Under the pieces are notes generated by a model. That model was given only the letters and a program-made list of their open reading frames with translations, was not told the origin of the DNA and searched no databases. From Planctomycetota bacterium (lineage in GTDB: Bacteria; Planctomycetota; Planctomycetia; Pirellulales; Thermoguttaceae), in NCBI GenBank assembly GCA_013202535.1, contig JABMRP010000905.1, positions 1 through 27,828 of the forward strand: a stretch of DNA of 27,828 nt. Direction: 5' to 3'. The position numbers and the translations under genes were made by a program. Shown in pieces: positions 1 through 9,057 of the stretch. Numbering within the stretch: the stretch's first letter is position 1; every line of letters starts with the position of its first letter.

Positions 1-17
1 ACGCAAAGACAAAGCTA

Positions 18-41
18 CATCTCGCGGAGCGAGATGGCTAC
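18..41 (-). repeat. REP-like palindrome (GTAG family), possibly also terminating the kinase transcript
   Basis: Minus strand reads GTAG-C-CATCTCGC-TCC-GCGAGATG: a GTAG tetranucleotide followed by a perfect 8-bp stem, 8 nt beyond the kinase stop and followed by a T-rich tract. Confidence 0.6.
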
Positions 42-49
42 TATACGAC

Positions 50-1201
50 TTACTTCTCCGACGGCGTGCTTCCCGGCTCTTCTTCCCGCGTTTCAAATTC
101 CTGCAACTCCTCCAGCCACAAGCGGATCTCGTTGTCGTATTCGCTGGCCAAATCGCCTTTGATCAACTGCCGGTGGAAGCTGGCGGCGCCCTCCTTGACC
201 AGATCGGCCGCCTCGGCGCTGGGGAACCGGCGCATCGGGTCGGGGGCGATCAGCCCCAGGCAGAAGTTCATCAGCAGCTTGTTGCAGACGATTTCTTGGG
301 GCAGGATGCTGGGGAGCCGCTGCCCGATGAACCGCTTGGCCTCGAGCAGATCGCGGAGGGTCGCCGCTCCCTCAAACGGCGGTTTGCCGGAGAGCATCTC
401 GATCAGCACGTATCCCAGACTGGCCAGATCGGATCGCGGCGTGGACTCGCCTCCCTCGAGCACTTCCGGCGCGGCGTACACCGGCGTACAGGTGCGTTGC
501 GGCGGCGCGTTGTCCAACTCGAAGGCCGACCCCAGGTCGACGATCTTCGCGTTGCCCGTACGCTTCAGCATGATATTCGACGGCTTGATGTCGCCGTGAA
601 CGATCTCCTCGCGGTGCAACGCGGCCAACGCCGCCAGACAGTCGCGCACCACGGCCATCGCCACCCCCGGCTTGATCCGCGGCTGCACCGGTCCGGCCGT
701 GACGATCACGTTGTTGAGGTAATCCCAGCGTTTGGCGCTCACCCGCTGTCGAACGCGCTCGAGCATCTGGTGGGTCAACAGCCGGGAGAGATCGAACCCG
801 TCGACCCATTCCATCACCATCAGCCGAATGCGACCCCGGTCGACCCAATTGTGAACGTCCAGCAGGTTGTCCTGCTGGATTTGGGCCACCCGGGCGGCGA
901 CCTGGGCGATACGGCCCATCGCTTCGTCGTAGCGGCTTTCGGTTTCGTAGCGCAGCGGGGAGAAGATCTTCAGCGCGACCGGGAGCGTGAAATTGTCCGT
1001 TCCGCGACGTTCGCTCAGGTAAACCATGCCTTGCCCACCGGAACCCAACAGCCGGATCAGCCGGTGGTGTTCGGTCCAACTGAGACGCTGATGGTCGAGG
1101 ATATCCTGATATCGCTTCAGCAGGGCGGGGCAGCAACCGGCCGCCTGCTCGCCGCCGAATGAATGGGTCGCCGCACGGTCGAGAAACGTAGTCGTTGCCA
1201 T
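50..1201 (-). CDS. Cytoplasmic Hanks-type Ser/Thr protein kinase
   Basis: Gly loop LGSGGQGMVY, VALK, catalytic loop HGDIKPSN, DLG, YAAPE and DLASLG are all present; no TM segment. Confidence 0.93.
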   Translation of the reverse strand: MATTTFLDRAATHSFGGEQAAGCCPALLKRYQDILDHQRLSWTEHHRLIRLLGSGGQGMVYLSERRGTDNFTLPVALKIFSPLRYETESRYDEAMGRIAQVAARVAQIQQDNLLDVHNWVDRGRIRLMVMEWVDGFDLSRLLTHQMLERVRQRVSAKRWDYLNNVIVTAGPVQPRIKPGVAMAVVRDCLAALAALHREEIVHGDIKPSNIMLKRTGNAKIVDLGSAFELDNAPPQRTCTPVYAAPEVLEGGESTPRSDLASLGYVLIEMLSGKPPFEGAATLRDLLEAKRFIGQRLPSILPQEIVCNKLLMNFCLGLIAPDPMRRFPSAEAADLVKEGAASFHRQLIKGDLASEYDNEIRLWLEELQEFETREEEPGSTPSEK

Positions 1202-1247
1202 GTGTCGGCCTCGCGGGGTCCCAACCGGTAGTCGTTCTTCGGAGCGA

Positions 1248-2270
1248 TTATCTTATCGGACATCCCGGTTGCCCGTCCAGAGCATCCTCCCCCCAGCCCG
1301 GGATTCCCGCCTGGCGGATGGGGAATCCCAGCCGTTTCTCGGTCAGCAGGTTCATCAACGGGCGGTCTTCCTGCCAGCGACGCAGGTTTTCGCAGAAGAA
1401 GTTGGTCATATTGTCGATCCGCCGGATACTCTGCCCTGCAACATGGGGGGTGATGATCACGTCGGGCCGTGCCCACAGCGGATGCTCCGGCGGCAACGGT
1501 TCGGGGTCGGCCACGTCGATGACCGCCCCGGCGATCCGCTCCGATTGCAGCACGGCCACCAGATCCTCGGTGACCACGAGCTGGCCGCGTCCGACGTTGA
1601 CCAGCAGGGCGTCGGGCTTCATTTTCCCGAGTTGCTCGGCGCCGATCATTCCCCGGGTCGAGTCGTTCAGCGGTGCCGAGAGGATGACCACGTCGGCGGC
1701 TTCCAGCAGGTCGTCCAATCGATCGGCGTCCCAAAGGGCCTCGACCCACTCGGGCCGGTCGACGGGGAACACGTCGGTGGCGAGAATCCGGCCGGCCATC
1801 GGCGCCAACACGCGCGCCACCCGGCGCCCCACCCCCCCGAAACCGACGATTCCCACGGTGCCGCGGCTGAAATCGCGCGGCGGACGGCGCACATACTCCT
1901 TGGTCTGCTGAGCCCGGAAGAAGACCGGCAGGCTGCGAAACCAGGCCGTCACCAGAGCGGTCGTGTGCTCGGCCACCTGTTCGGCCAAGACCCCCGAGGC
2001 ACTGGTCACCGGGATCGGCGACTCGATGACCGACGGCACGAGGCAATGGTCCATGCCGGCGGCCGACGACTGAATCCACTGCAATCGGCCTTGGGCGATC
2101 ACACGATCCCAGTCGACGGGAACTTTGGCGTGGCCGCAATAGATGTCGGCCGAAAAGAGCGCTTCGGCAACACCTTCCTGGCCGGCGTCGACGACCTCGG
2201 CCGAGGGCATCGCGGCAGAGATCTGCTGGCAGTGACGTGACTCGACCGGGTAGCACAGCACGATTCGCAT
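1248..2270 (-). CDS. D-isomer-specific 2-hydroxyacid dehydrogenase (SerA/GhrA-like)
   Basis: Rossmann motif GIVGFGGVG, LVNVGRG, IDVADPEPL and ITPHVAG. Start placed at MRIVLCYP (2270) rather than the ORF-track start 2330. Confidence 0.92.
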   Translation of the reverse strand: MRIVLCYPVESRHCQQISAAMPSAEVVDAGQEGVAEALFSADIYCGHAKVPVDWDRVIAQGRLQWIQSSAAGMDHCLVPSVIESPIPVTSASGVLAEQVAEHTTALVTAWFRSLPVFFRAQQTKEYVRRPPRDFSRGTVGIVGFGGVGRRVARVLAPMAGRILATDVFPVDRPEWVEALWDADRLDDLLEAADVVILSAPLNDSTRGMIGAEQLGKMKPDALLVNVGRGQLVVTEDLVAVLQSERIAGAVIDVADPEPLPPEHPLWARPDVIITPHVAGQSIRRIDNMTNFFCENLRRWQEDRPLMNLLTEKRLGFPIRQAGIPGWGEDALDGQPGCPIR

Positions 2271-2761
2271 GGCGTCTGGTATTGCTCCGATAAGTGGACC
2301 GCTGGGGAAGATCGATGGTGAATCGTCCATGTTAGCAGCGGAGGGGGCGGCTGTTTAGGCCGCGGGTGCGTAGATCTCGGGTGCCATGGGCGTTAAACGA
2401 ATACCTCCCAACACGTTACGCCGCTAGTCGAAAGCCGGCGGACCCATGGGGCATCACGCCCCCATATGGGACCAGAGGAAGGCGCAGGTTCGGGGGTAGC
2501 GACGGCCTGGTAAGCTGACGCGGCTGCAAAAAGGGCGTAAAGCGTAGTGGTTGAGCGGCCGGACAATGATTACAATTGAAAGAAGAGGCACAACCGAACC
2601 TGGCAATTTGCCGTCGGCGCACCCCACCTTACGCGTGGTCAGTCGTCGGAGGTTGATCGTATTTCCCACCTTGGTGACCGCATAATTTCCCCGCGAAACG
2701 CCCGTGACCATCGGCAAGGGCGAAGGAGGCTCCCCTGAAAGGCAATAAGTATACCATTGGT

Positions 2762-5059
2762 ATGGCCACGGTCGTCGCCCTGGTGGCGTTGCGGCTGGGC
2801 CTTGGAACGCACTTCCTATACGAGGGAGTGTGGAAGGTAAAGCACGCCGACAAATTCTCGGCCGAGCCGTTTCTCACGCAGGCCAAAGGACCCGCCGCGC
2901 CGCTGTTCTACAAGCTGGCCAACGACATCGACGGTCGCGAGCGTTTGCAGCTTGTGAAGTCGGTCACGCCGGACGGCGTTTTGAAGCAATGGGAGAAAGC
3001 CCGGGCCACGGTCGAGAAGTCGCTGGCCACCCGGTTCTACGCCAACGGCATCAAGGTCGACGACCAGTACGCGGATTACCGAGCCGTCAAACGCGAGTTG
3101 GATCTGAAGAACCGCGAGATTAAGACCTACGAAGCGGAAACGGTCGAGCAGTGGAAGGTGTTGGCAAGCAAACTCGCCCAAGAAGAGAAGGCGTTTGACA
3201 ACGCATTCGATTATGCGATGGCCCAATGCACGGTCGTTGCCCAGGAACTCACCGCCGAGTTCGATGTGCAATGCGAGCAACTGACCGAGGAAATGCTTGC
3301 CCAACGCGCGGTCGTGATTGCCCTGAAAGCGGCCATCGCGGCGAAAGAGGAGGGTGCCGAAGAAAAGATGGGGCCGGCACGGGCGAAACTGATCGAACTG
3401 GAACAAGCCTTGGCGGCCGCTGAAGAAGCCCGCGAGAGCCAGGTTGCTGAAAAGCTGGCCACCATCCGCGACAGCGAGGAGCTCAAGGCCGCCGAACAGC
3501 GGATCGACACGACGAAAGAGGCCATGGCCGCGTATCGTGATGAGCGTGCCGGCTGTGCCGATTGCTCCGAGGGACTATTCACGTTGAAGGCCGACTTGGC
3601 GGAAATCGAGTTGCGACTGGAACCGTTGAAGAAGCCGTACGATGAGAAGCTGGCCCAGTTCAAGGCGGACACCGAAGAAGCCTACCTCGGCTACGAAGCG
3701 GAACTGCTCGCTCTGCTGGCAACCGATCGGGAAAAGCTGGTCGAGTACGTCGCCTCGATCGAAGAGGGCGCGAAAGAAAACCCGAAGGTCGTCTTGGACG
3801 GTGCCGGCAAGGAATGTCTCACCACAATCGCCGACATCGAAACCCGCTACCGCGAGAAGCTGGTTGCGTTGATCGAAACGCACGACACGCCGCCGGAAGT
3901 CGAGAAAGAAGAGCCGGGCCCGCTGGACTTGGTCGTGGCACTTGTTCCCGACCTGGAGGCGGAGGTCGAAGTAACCGTGGTCGAGAGCGAGATCGGTCTG
4001 GCCCCCGGCCGGAGCAAGTACGTCGCGAAGAAAGTGAAGTTCAACGGTCGCGATCTGCTGGTCGTGTCCGACGCGGTCGACAGCCAGCCGTTTGCCGACG
4101 CCTGCGATAGCTTGCTGGCGGAAGTCACCGAGACTTACAGCCTGAGCGAAGAGCAGCAAGCCAAGGCCCGACGGTTGGGCCGGCTGTACAAGCAGTCGCT
4201 ACGGCAATACCTGGACGATTACCTGATTGAGATCGGCACCCATTTCGCCACGCTGGATCGCTTCGAGAAGCAAAAGGCCGAGATTACCAACAACGCGCCC
4301 GAGCAGAAGAAGCGAGACTGGGACAAGCAGCAGGAGTTGCGCCGCGACGTCAAGGTCTGGCTTTCGGAAATGGACGGCATGGCCGCCGACTACAGAACGG
4401 GCTTGTGGGATCTGCTGGACGCCGATCAGCAGGCCAAGGGCCGTTTCGCCGAACCGTGGACCATGACGCGACTGACGGACTTCGCCGTGACCTGGGGTCT
4501 GTTTGCCATCGGGCTCTGCCTGATCCTCGGGCTGGGTACGAATTTCGCCTGCCTCGGCGGCGCGGCGTTCATGTTCTCGGTCATCTTGACCCAACCGGCC
4601 TGGCCCGGCATTTATCCACCGGCACCGCCCGTGGCCGGCCACGCCCTGTTGATCAACAAGGACTTCATCGAGATGCTCGCCCTGCTGGCCCTGGCCACCA
4701 CGGCCGTGGGCACTTGGGGTGGCCTGGACTATTTCCTCTGGAACAAGCTCCTGAAACCGCTCTGCTGCGGAAAGTGTTGTGGTAAAAAGGACGAAGAGGA
4801 GCAACAACCCCAGAGCCCCGAGTCGCGGAAGTTCCCGCCCTCGCCGGCCGACGAGATCCTGTCGCCGCCAGCGGACACGGGCAAACCCGACGTCGTCGAG
4901 ATCGACGACCCACCCGCCGCGGACGACGACGAACCGACCGAAATCGTCGTCGATATACCGGGCGAAAGCGAAGAGATTTTCGGCGATCCGGCCGACACGT
5001 CGATCGACGACGTCCTGAACGAAGAATCCCAAGACAATAACCTTCCGGAGGATAAATAA
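2762..5059 (+). CDS. DoxX-family membrane protein with a ~500-aa soluble helical insertion and an acidic tail
   Basis: N-terminal TM LRLGLGTHFLYEGVWK and C-terminal TMs GLCLILGLG, QPAWPG, NKDFIEMLAL and GLD match the DoxX pattern. The true start may be CTG at 2735. Confidence 0.82.
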   Translation: MATVVALVALRLGLGTHFLYEGVWKVKHADKFSAEPFLTQAKGPAAPLFYKLANDIDGRERLQLVKSVTPDGVLKQWEKARATVEKSLATRFYANGIKVDDQYADYRAVKRELDLKNREIKTYEAETVEQWKVLASKLAQEEKAFDNAFDYAMAQCTVVAQELTAEFDVQCEQLTEEMLAQRAVVIALKAAIAAKEEGAEEKMGPARAKLIELEQALAAAEEARESQVAEKLATIRDSEELKAAEQRIDTTKEAMAAYRDERAGCADCSEGLFTLKADLAEIELRLEPLKKPYDEKLAQFKADTEEAYLGYEAELLALLATDREKLVEYVASIEEGAKENPKVVLDGAGKECLTTIADIETRYREKLVALIETHDTPPEVEKEEPGPLDLVVALVPDLEAEVEVTVVESEIGLAPGRSKYVAKKVKFNGRDLLVVSDAVDSQPFADACDSLLAEVTETYSLSEEQQAKARRLGRLYKQSLRQYLDDYLIEIGTHFATLDRFEKQKAEITNNAPEQKKRDWDKQQELRRDVKVWLSEMDGMAADYRTGLWDLLDADQQAKGRFAEPWTMTRLTDFAVTWGLFAIGLCLILGLGTNFACLGGAAFMFSVILTQPAWPGIYPPAPPVAGHALLINKDFIEMLALLALATTAVGTWGGLDYFLWNKLLKPLCCGKCCGKKDEEEQQPQSPESRKFPPSPADEILSPPADTGKPDVVEIDDPPAADDDEPTEIVVDIPGESEEIFGDPADTSIDDVLNEESQDNNLPEDK

Positions 5060-5060
5060 C

Positions 5061-6770
5061 ATGAACCTGACCGACGAACAAAAAGCCATTGGCAAGGAAA
5101 ACTTCGATGCCGCCATTGGCGTGACCCGACGGAGTTTCCTCAAACGCAGCGTTGCCGCGGGTGTCGTCTCCGGCGGCGGATTGGGCGCTTTCTACTACGG
5201 CTACGGTAAAGCGGTCGACGATCCCGTGCGCGTGGGTGTCATCGGCACCGGCGACGAGGGGAGCGTGTTGATCGGGGCAATCAACCCGGACTTTGTCCAG
5301 GTCGTGGCCATCGCCGACATCCGCTCCTACAGTATCTACCGCGCCTTCCACGGCGACCGATACAGCGCCTCCGCGCAGAAGGCCCGTTGCGGGCTGCTGG
5401 CCAAGTACGGATGGAAAGACGAAACCGAAGCCCGCAAGACGGTCAAGGTCCACCATGACTACATGAAAGTGCTCGACGACCCGGACGTCGAGGCGGTGAT
5501 CATCGCCCTGCCCTTGCATCTGCACGCCGAAGTGGCCATCGAGGCTATGCGCAAGGGTAAGCATGTGCTGACCGAGAAACTGATGGGCAAGACCATCGCC
5601 CAGTGCAAGGACATGGCCCGGGTGTCGGCCCAGGAAGACAAATACCTGGTCACCGGCCACCAACGCCACTACAACATTCTTTACGCCAACGCGATGGATA
5701 CGATCCAGAACAACCTGCTGGGCGATATCCACTACATTCGCGCCCAGTGGCACCGCGGCAACGTGCCGGGCAACGATAGCTGGAAGAAGCCGCTACCGCC
5801 CGGGTTCGGCGATACCGCGGGCGAGGCCGCCCTGCTTTCCAAGCTCGAGAGCTGGCAGAACAAGCTCAAGTCGGTCAAGGGCCGCGAGATCGAGGTCTGG
5901 AAGAAGAAGGTCGCCCAGGTCGAGGCCCAGATCGCCGATCGCGTGATTTTCGAGGGCGAGCCGAGTGACGCCGAGAAATACGGCTACAAGGCCTATTCGG
6001 AAGGATATTCCGAGAAGATTCCCGCCATGGGCGAATTGATCCGCTGGCGGCTGTTCAACCGCACCGGCGGCGGCCTGATGGCCGAGCTGGGAAGCCACCA
6101 GTTGGATGCCGCCGGCATCTTCATCTCGGCCATGCACGAGGGCAAGAAACAGGCTCCGCTGACGGTGGCCGCGGCGGCCAACCGGCCCATCTTCCCCGCC
6201 GACCGCGACGTCGACGACCACGTCTACTGCATCATCGAATTCCCCGGTCCCAACTACGAGAGCAACCCCCGCGATAAGATCGGCGTGACCTATTCGTCGA
6301 TCAACGGCAACGGTTTCGGCGGTTACGGCGAAGTGGTGATGGGCACCAAGGGAACGCTGATCCTGGAAAAAGAAAAGGACGTGATGCTGTTCGGCGGTTC
6401 GATCGGCAGCAGGATCAAGGTGACCGAATCGGCCACTTCGGGTCCCACGATGGATACCCAGGAGAGCGGTGACGCGCAGGCAGCAGTCGAGACGGTGACC
6501 GCCCCCGACGTCAGCCGCGGTTACCTCGAAGAGATCGAGCACTGGGCGTGGTGCATCCGCAACCAGGCGCCCGAGAACCAGCCCCGCTGCCATCCCAAGG
6601 TGGCTCTGGGCGACGCGGTCATCGCGCTGACGACCAACATCGCCGCCCGACAGGGTAAGCGGATCGAGTTCAATCCGAAATGGTTCGATCCGAACGAGAA
6701 CGCCACGCCGGAGGCCGAGTTCATCGACGCCAAGCTCGCTCCCCAGGAAGAGCCGGCCAAGAAGGCGTAG
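5061..6770 (+). CDS. Gfo/Idh/MocA-family NAD(P)-dependent oxidoreductase with a twin-arginine (Tat) signal
   Basis: TRRSFLK followed by a hydrophobic stretch; VGVIGTGDEG; HVLTEKLM; GHQRHY; GGLMAELGSHQLD. Starts 1 nt after the DoxX stop. Confidence 0.92.
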   Translation: MNLTDEQKAIGKENFDAAIGVTRRSFLKRSVAAGVVSGGGLGAFYYGYGKAVDDPVRVGVIGTGDEGSVLIGAINPDFVQVVAIADIRSYSIYRAFHGDRYSASAQKARCGLLAKYGWKDETEARKTVKVHHDYMKVLDDPDVEAVIIALPLHLHAEVAIEAMRKGKHVLTEKLMGKTIAQCKDMARVSAQEDKYLVTGHQRHYNILYANAMDTIQNNLLGDIHYIRAQWHRGNVPGNDSWKKPLPPGFGDTAGEAALLSKLESWQNKLKSVKGREIEVWKKKVAQVEAQIADRVIFEGEPSDAEKYGYKAYSEGYSEKIPAMGELIRWRLFNRTGGGLMAELGSHQLDAAGIFISAMHEGKKQAPLTVAAAANRPIFPADRDVDDHVYCIIEFPGPNYESNPRDKIGVTYSSINGNGFGGYGEVVMGTKGTLILEKEKDVMLFGGSIGSRIKVTESATSGPTMDTQESGDAQAAVETVTAPDVSRGYLEEIEHWAWCIRNQAPENQPRCHPKVALGDAVIALTTNIAARQGKRIEFNPKWFDPNENATPEAEFIDAKLAPQEEPAKKA

Positions 6771-6802
6771 GATCGCCGGCAAAACGTGCCCGTCGCGACT
6801 GC

Positions 6803-6830
6803 TTGCAACCGCCCCCGAATCGGGTATGCT
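6803..6830 (+). promoter_or_regulatory. Candidate sigma70 promoter for the TIM-barrel gene
   Basis: TTGCAA-N16-TATGCT in the 131-bp intergenic gap; AAGGAG lies upstream of GTG 6902. Confidence 0.45.
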
Positions 6831-6901
6831 AGGGGGCTGGTTGTTTAGCAAGGGGATAGGGCCTCGCTTGGCCCGTTGAAACGACGAGCAAGGAGAATCT
6901 C

Positions 6902-7744
6902 GTGGACAAGTGGCCCATCGGCGTTTTCGCCAGTATCGACGCGGGCTTGGGAGTAAAGTTGGAAGTGGCCCAGGAGTTGGGGATTCCGACGATCCAGCTT
7001 CATGCCCCGGCCAAGGAAAGCCGGACCCCGGAACGGGCGAAGGAATTTCTCGCTAAACTCGAGGCGATGGGGATCACCATCACGGCCGTTTTCGGCGGCT
7101 TCGAGGGCGAGAGCTATGCCGATATCCCGACGGTGGTTCGCACCGTGGGGCTGGTCCCCCCCGAGACCCGTGCCCAGCGTACCGCCGAGATGAAGGAGAT
7201 CGCCGACTTCGCCAAGCTGCTGGGGTGCGACGTGGCGGCTCTGCACATCGGATTCGTTCCCCACGACACGTCCGACCCGATGTATGCCGAGGTGATCGGC
7301 GTGGCCCAAGGTCTGTGCGACCACTGCGCGGGCAACGGCCAGCGGCTGCATCTGGAGACGGGCCAGGAGTCGGCCGACGGACTGCTGCAGTTCATCGGCG
7401 ACGTGGGCCGGGACAACCTCTTCATCAATTTCGATCCGGCCAACATGATCCTCTACGGGTCGGGGGAACCGATCGAAGCACTGAAGAAGGTCGGCAAGTA
7501 CGTTCGCAGCGTGCATTGCAAGGACGCCACCTGGGCGGACAAACCGGGCGAGGAGTGGGGCGCGGAGGTGCCGTTGGGCCAAGGAGCCGTGGGCATGGAG
7601 ACCTTTGTCCGCACTCTGGCCGAACTGGGATACACCGGCCCGCTGACCATCGAGCGAGAGATCCCCCAGGAACCCGACCGGCAAAAGGCGGAAATCGGGG
7701 CCGGCGTTGATTTGCTCACCGCACTGAAGGCCAAGATCGGCTAA
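6902..7744 (+). CDS. Sugar phosphate isomerase/epimerase (xylose-isomerase-like TIM barrel)
   Basis: Metal-ligand pattern LHLETGQE, INFDPANM, SVHCKD and LTIERE. Confidence 0.9.
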   Translation: MDKWPIGVFASIDAGLGVKLEVAQELGIPTIQLHAPAKESRTPERAKEFLAKLEAMGITITAVFGGFEGESYADIPTVVRTVGLVPPETRAQRTAEMKEIADFAKLLGCDVAALHIGFVPHDTSDPMYAEVIGVAQGLCDHCAGNGQRLHLETGQESADGLLQFIGDVGRDNLFINFDPANMILYGSGEPIEALKKVGKYVRSVHCKDATWADKPGEEWGAEVPLGQGAVGMETFVRTLAELGYTGPLTIEREIPQEPDRQKAEIGAGVDLLTALKAKIG

Positions 7745-7779
7745 CGCCCCCCTCCACGCAAGCAAAGGAACCACGCGCA

Positions 7780-8082
7780 ATGCCACGCCTTTCCATGTCG
7801 CACCCCCACTCGCTGGGCCGGGAAGAAGCAATGCGGCGGCTGAAAGAGAAGTTCGACGCCACGGTGGCCGAAAACGAGGGTCAGCTCAAAGACGTCGAAG
7901 CCCAATGGACCGACGCCGGTCTGACGTTCGGCTTCAAGGCCATGGGGTTTGCCGTTTCCGGCACGGTCGGCGTGAGAGAGGGCGCGGTGGACGTGGCGGT
8001 CGAGTTGCCCCTGGCGGCGATGATGGTCCGCGGGATGATCGAATCCCGCCTTCGCGGCGAACTGGAGACCCTGTTGGCCTAA
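7780..8082 (+). CDS. Polyhydroxyalkanoate-system (PHA_gran_rgn-like) small protein
   Basis: 100 aa with HPHSLGREEAMRRL, W..AGLTFGFKAMGFAVSG and VELPLAAMMVRG, the pattern of this family. Confidence 0.8.
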   Translation: MPRLSMSHPHSLGREEAMRRLKEKFDATVAENEGQLKDVEAQWTDAGLTFGFKAMGFAVSGTVGVREGAVDVAVELPLAAMMVRGMIESRLRGELETLLA

Positions 8083-8462
8083 GTCGCGGTCGTTTGCGGC
8101 GGGCTGACAAGTTGCTCGAGCGTTTCGACCAGCGTGGCCTTGTCGAACGGTTTGACGATGAAATCGGCCGCCCCCTGCCGAAAGGCTTCTTTGAGCACGT
8201 TTCTCTGATCCAGGGCGCTGACAACGCAGACGCGTGCTTGGCCGTCCAATGCCCGGATCCCCCTCAGCGCGTGCAGGCCGTCGTAGTTGGGCATCACCAG
8301 GTCCAGCGTGACGGCGTCCGGCTTGAGTTCGGAGTACCGCAGGATGCCTTCCTGCCCGTCGGTTGCCTCGCCGACAACGGTCCAGCCGGCTTCCGTGACG
8401 GCGTCCTTGATGATCTCGCGGATGATCATGGCATCGTCGATGACCAGTAATGTCTTCGTCAT
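8079..8462 (-). CDS. cheY: Chemotaxis response regulator CheY (operon copy)
   Basis: Single receiver with LVIDD, phosphoacceptor TLDLVMP, VVSAL and VKPF; last gene of the che operon. Start set at MTKT (8462). Confidence 0.88.
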   Translation of the reverse strand: MTKTLLVIDDAMIIREIIKDAVTEAGWTVVGEATDGQEGILRYSELKPDAVTLDLVMPNYDGLHALRGIRALDGQARVCVVSALDQRNVLKEAFRQGAADFIVKPFDKATLVETLEQLVSPPQTTAT

Positions 8463-8521
8463 GGTCTTCGGTCCTCTGCTGGGCGTCGCTGGTATTGGAT
8501 CCAGCCGTACACCCCAGTTGG

Positions 8522-9013
8522 TTAAAGCATTCGGGAAGCGGCGCCGGCAATTTCCACGAGGAAGTTTCCGTTGGAGCAATCGAGGGTCACCCTTCGCCCC
8601 TTGACGCCGCCCACGCACCGGCCCGCGATTCGAATCCCCTCGGCCTGCAGCAATTCGGTGACCTTCTGGACGTTGTTACTCCCGATTTGCAGCGGTCCGG
8701 ACGTGGCAAACATACTGGCGCCTCCGGCAATCTTAGCCACCAGGCCGGTGGTTCCGGCTCCCAATTGGCGAAGCTGCCGGAGCATGTCCGCAATGGCCGT
8801 GTCGGCGAACTTGCCGGGAGCCGCCGTGAAACCCGACGACTCGGGCAGCACGACGTGGGCCAGTGCCCCGACGCGATGCCGGGCGTGGTACAGGGCCACG
8901 CCGACGCACGAGCCGAGCACGGAACTCAATCGCGCCGGATCTCGAGCGACGGCAATCCCTCCCATGCCGACGGTCGCGTCTTGCGTGGTTCTCAGGGCAG
9001 TGATGGAAGCCAT
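8522..9013 (-). CDS. cheD: Chemoreceptor glutamine deamidase CheD
   Basis: VLGSCVGVAL (catalytic Cys), AHVVLP (His), AKIAGGASMF, IGSNN and VGG..GR. Start set at MASIT (9013). Confidence 0.92.
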   Translation of the reverse strand: MASITALRTTQDATVGMGGIAVARDPARLSSVLGSCVGVALYHARHRVGALAHVVLPESSGFTAAPGKFADTAIADMLRQLRQLGAGTTGLVAKIAGGASMFATSGPLQIGSNNVQKVTELLQAEGIRIAGRCVGGVKGRRVTLDCSNGNFLVEIAGAASRML

Positions 9014-9057
9014 GACACGGGTTCCCTTTGAAGTGGATTCATCGTTTCTGGAGTGGG

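Noticed and set aside
3554-3568. Heme c motif in the DoxX insert
   Set aside because: CADCS lacks the His of CxxCH.
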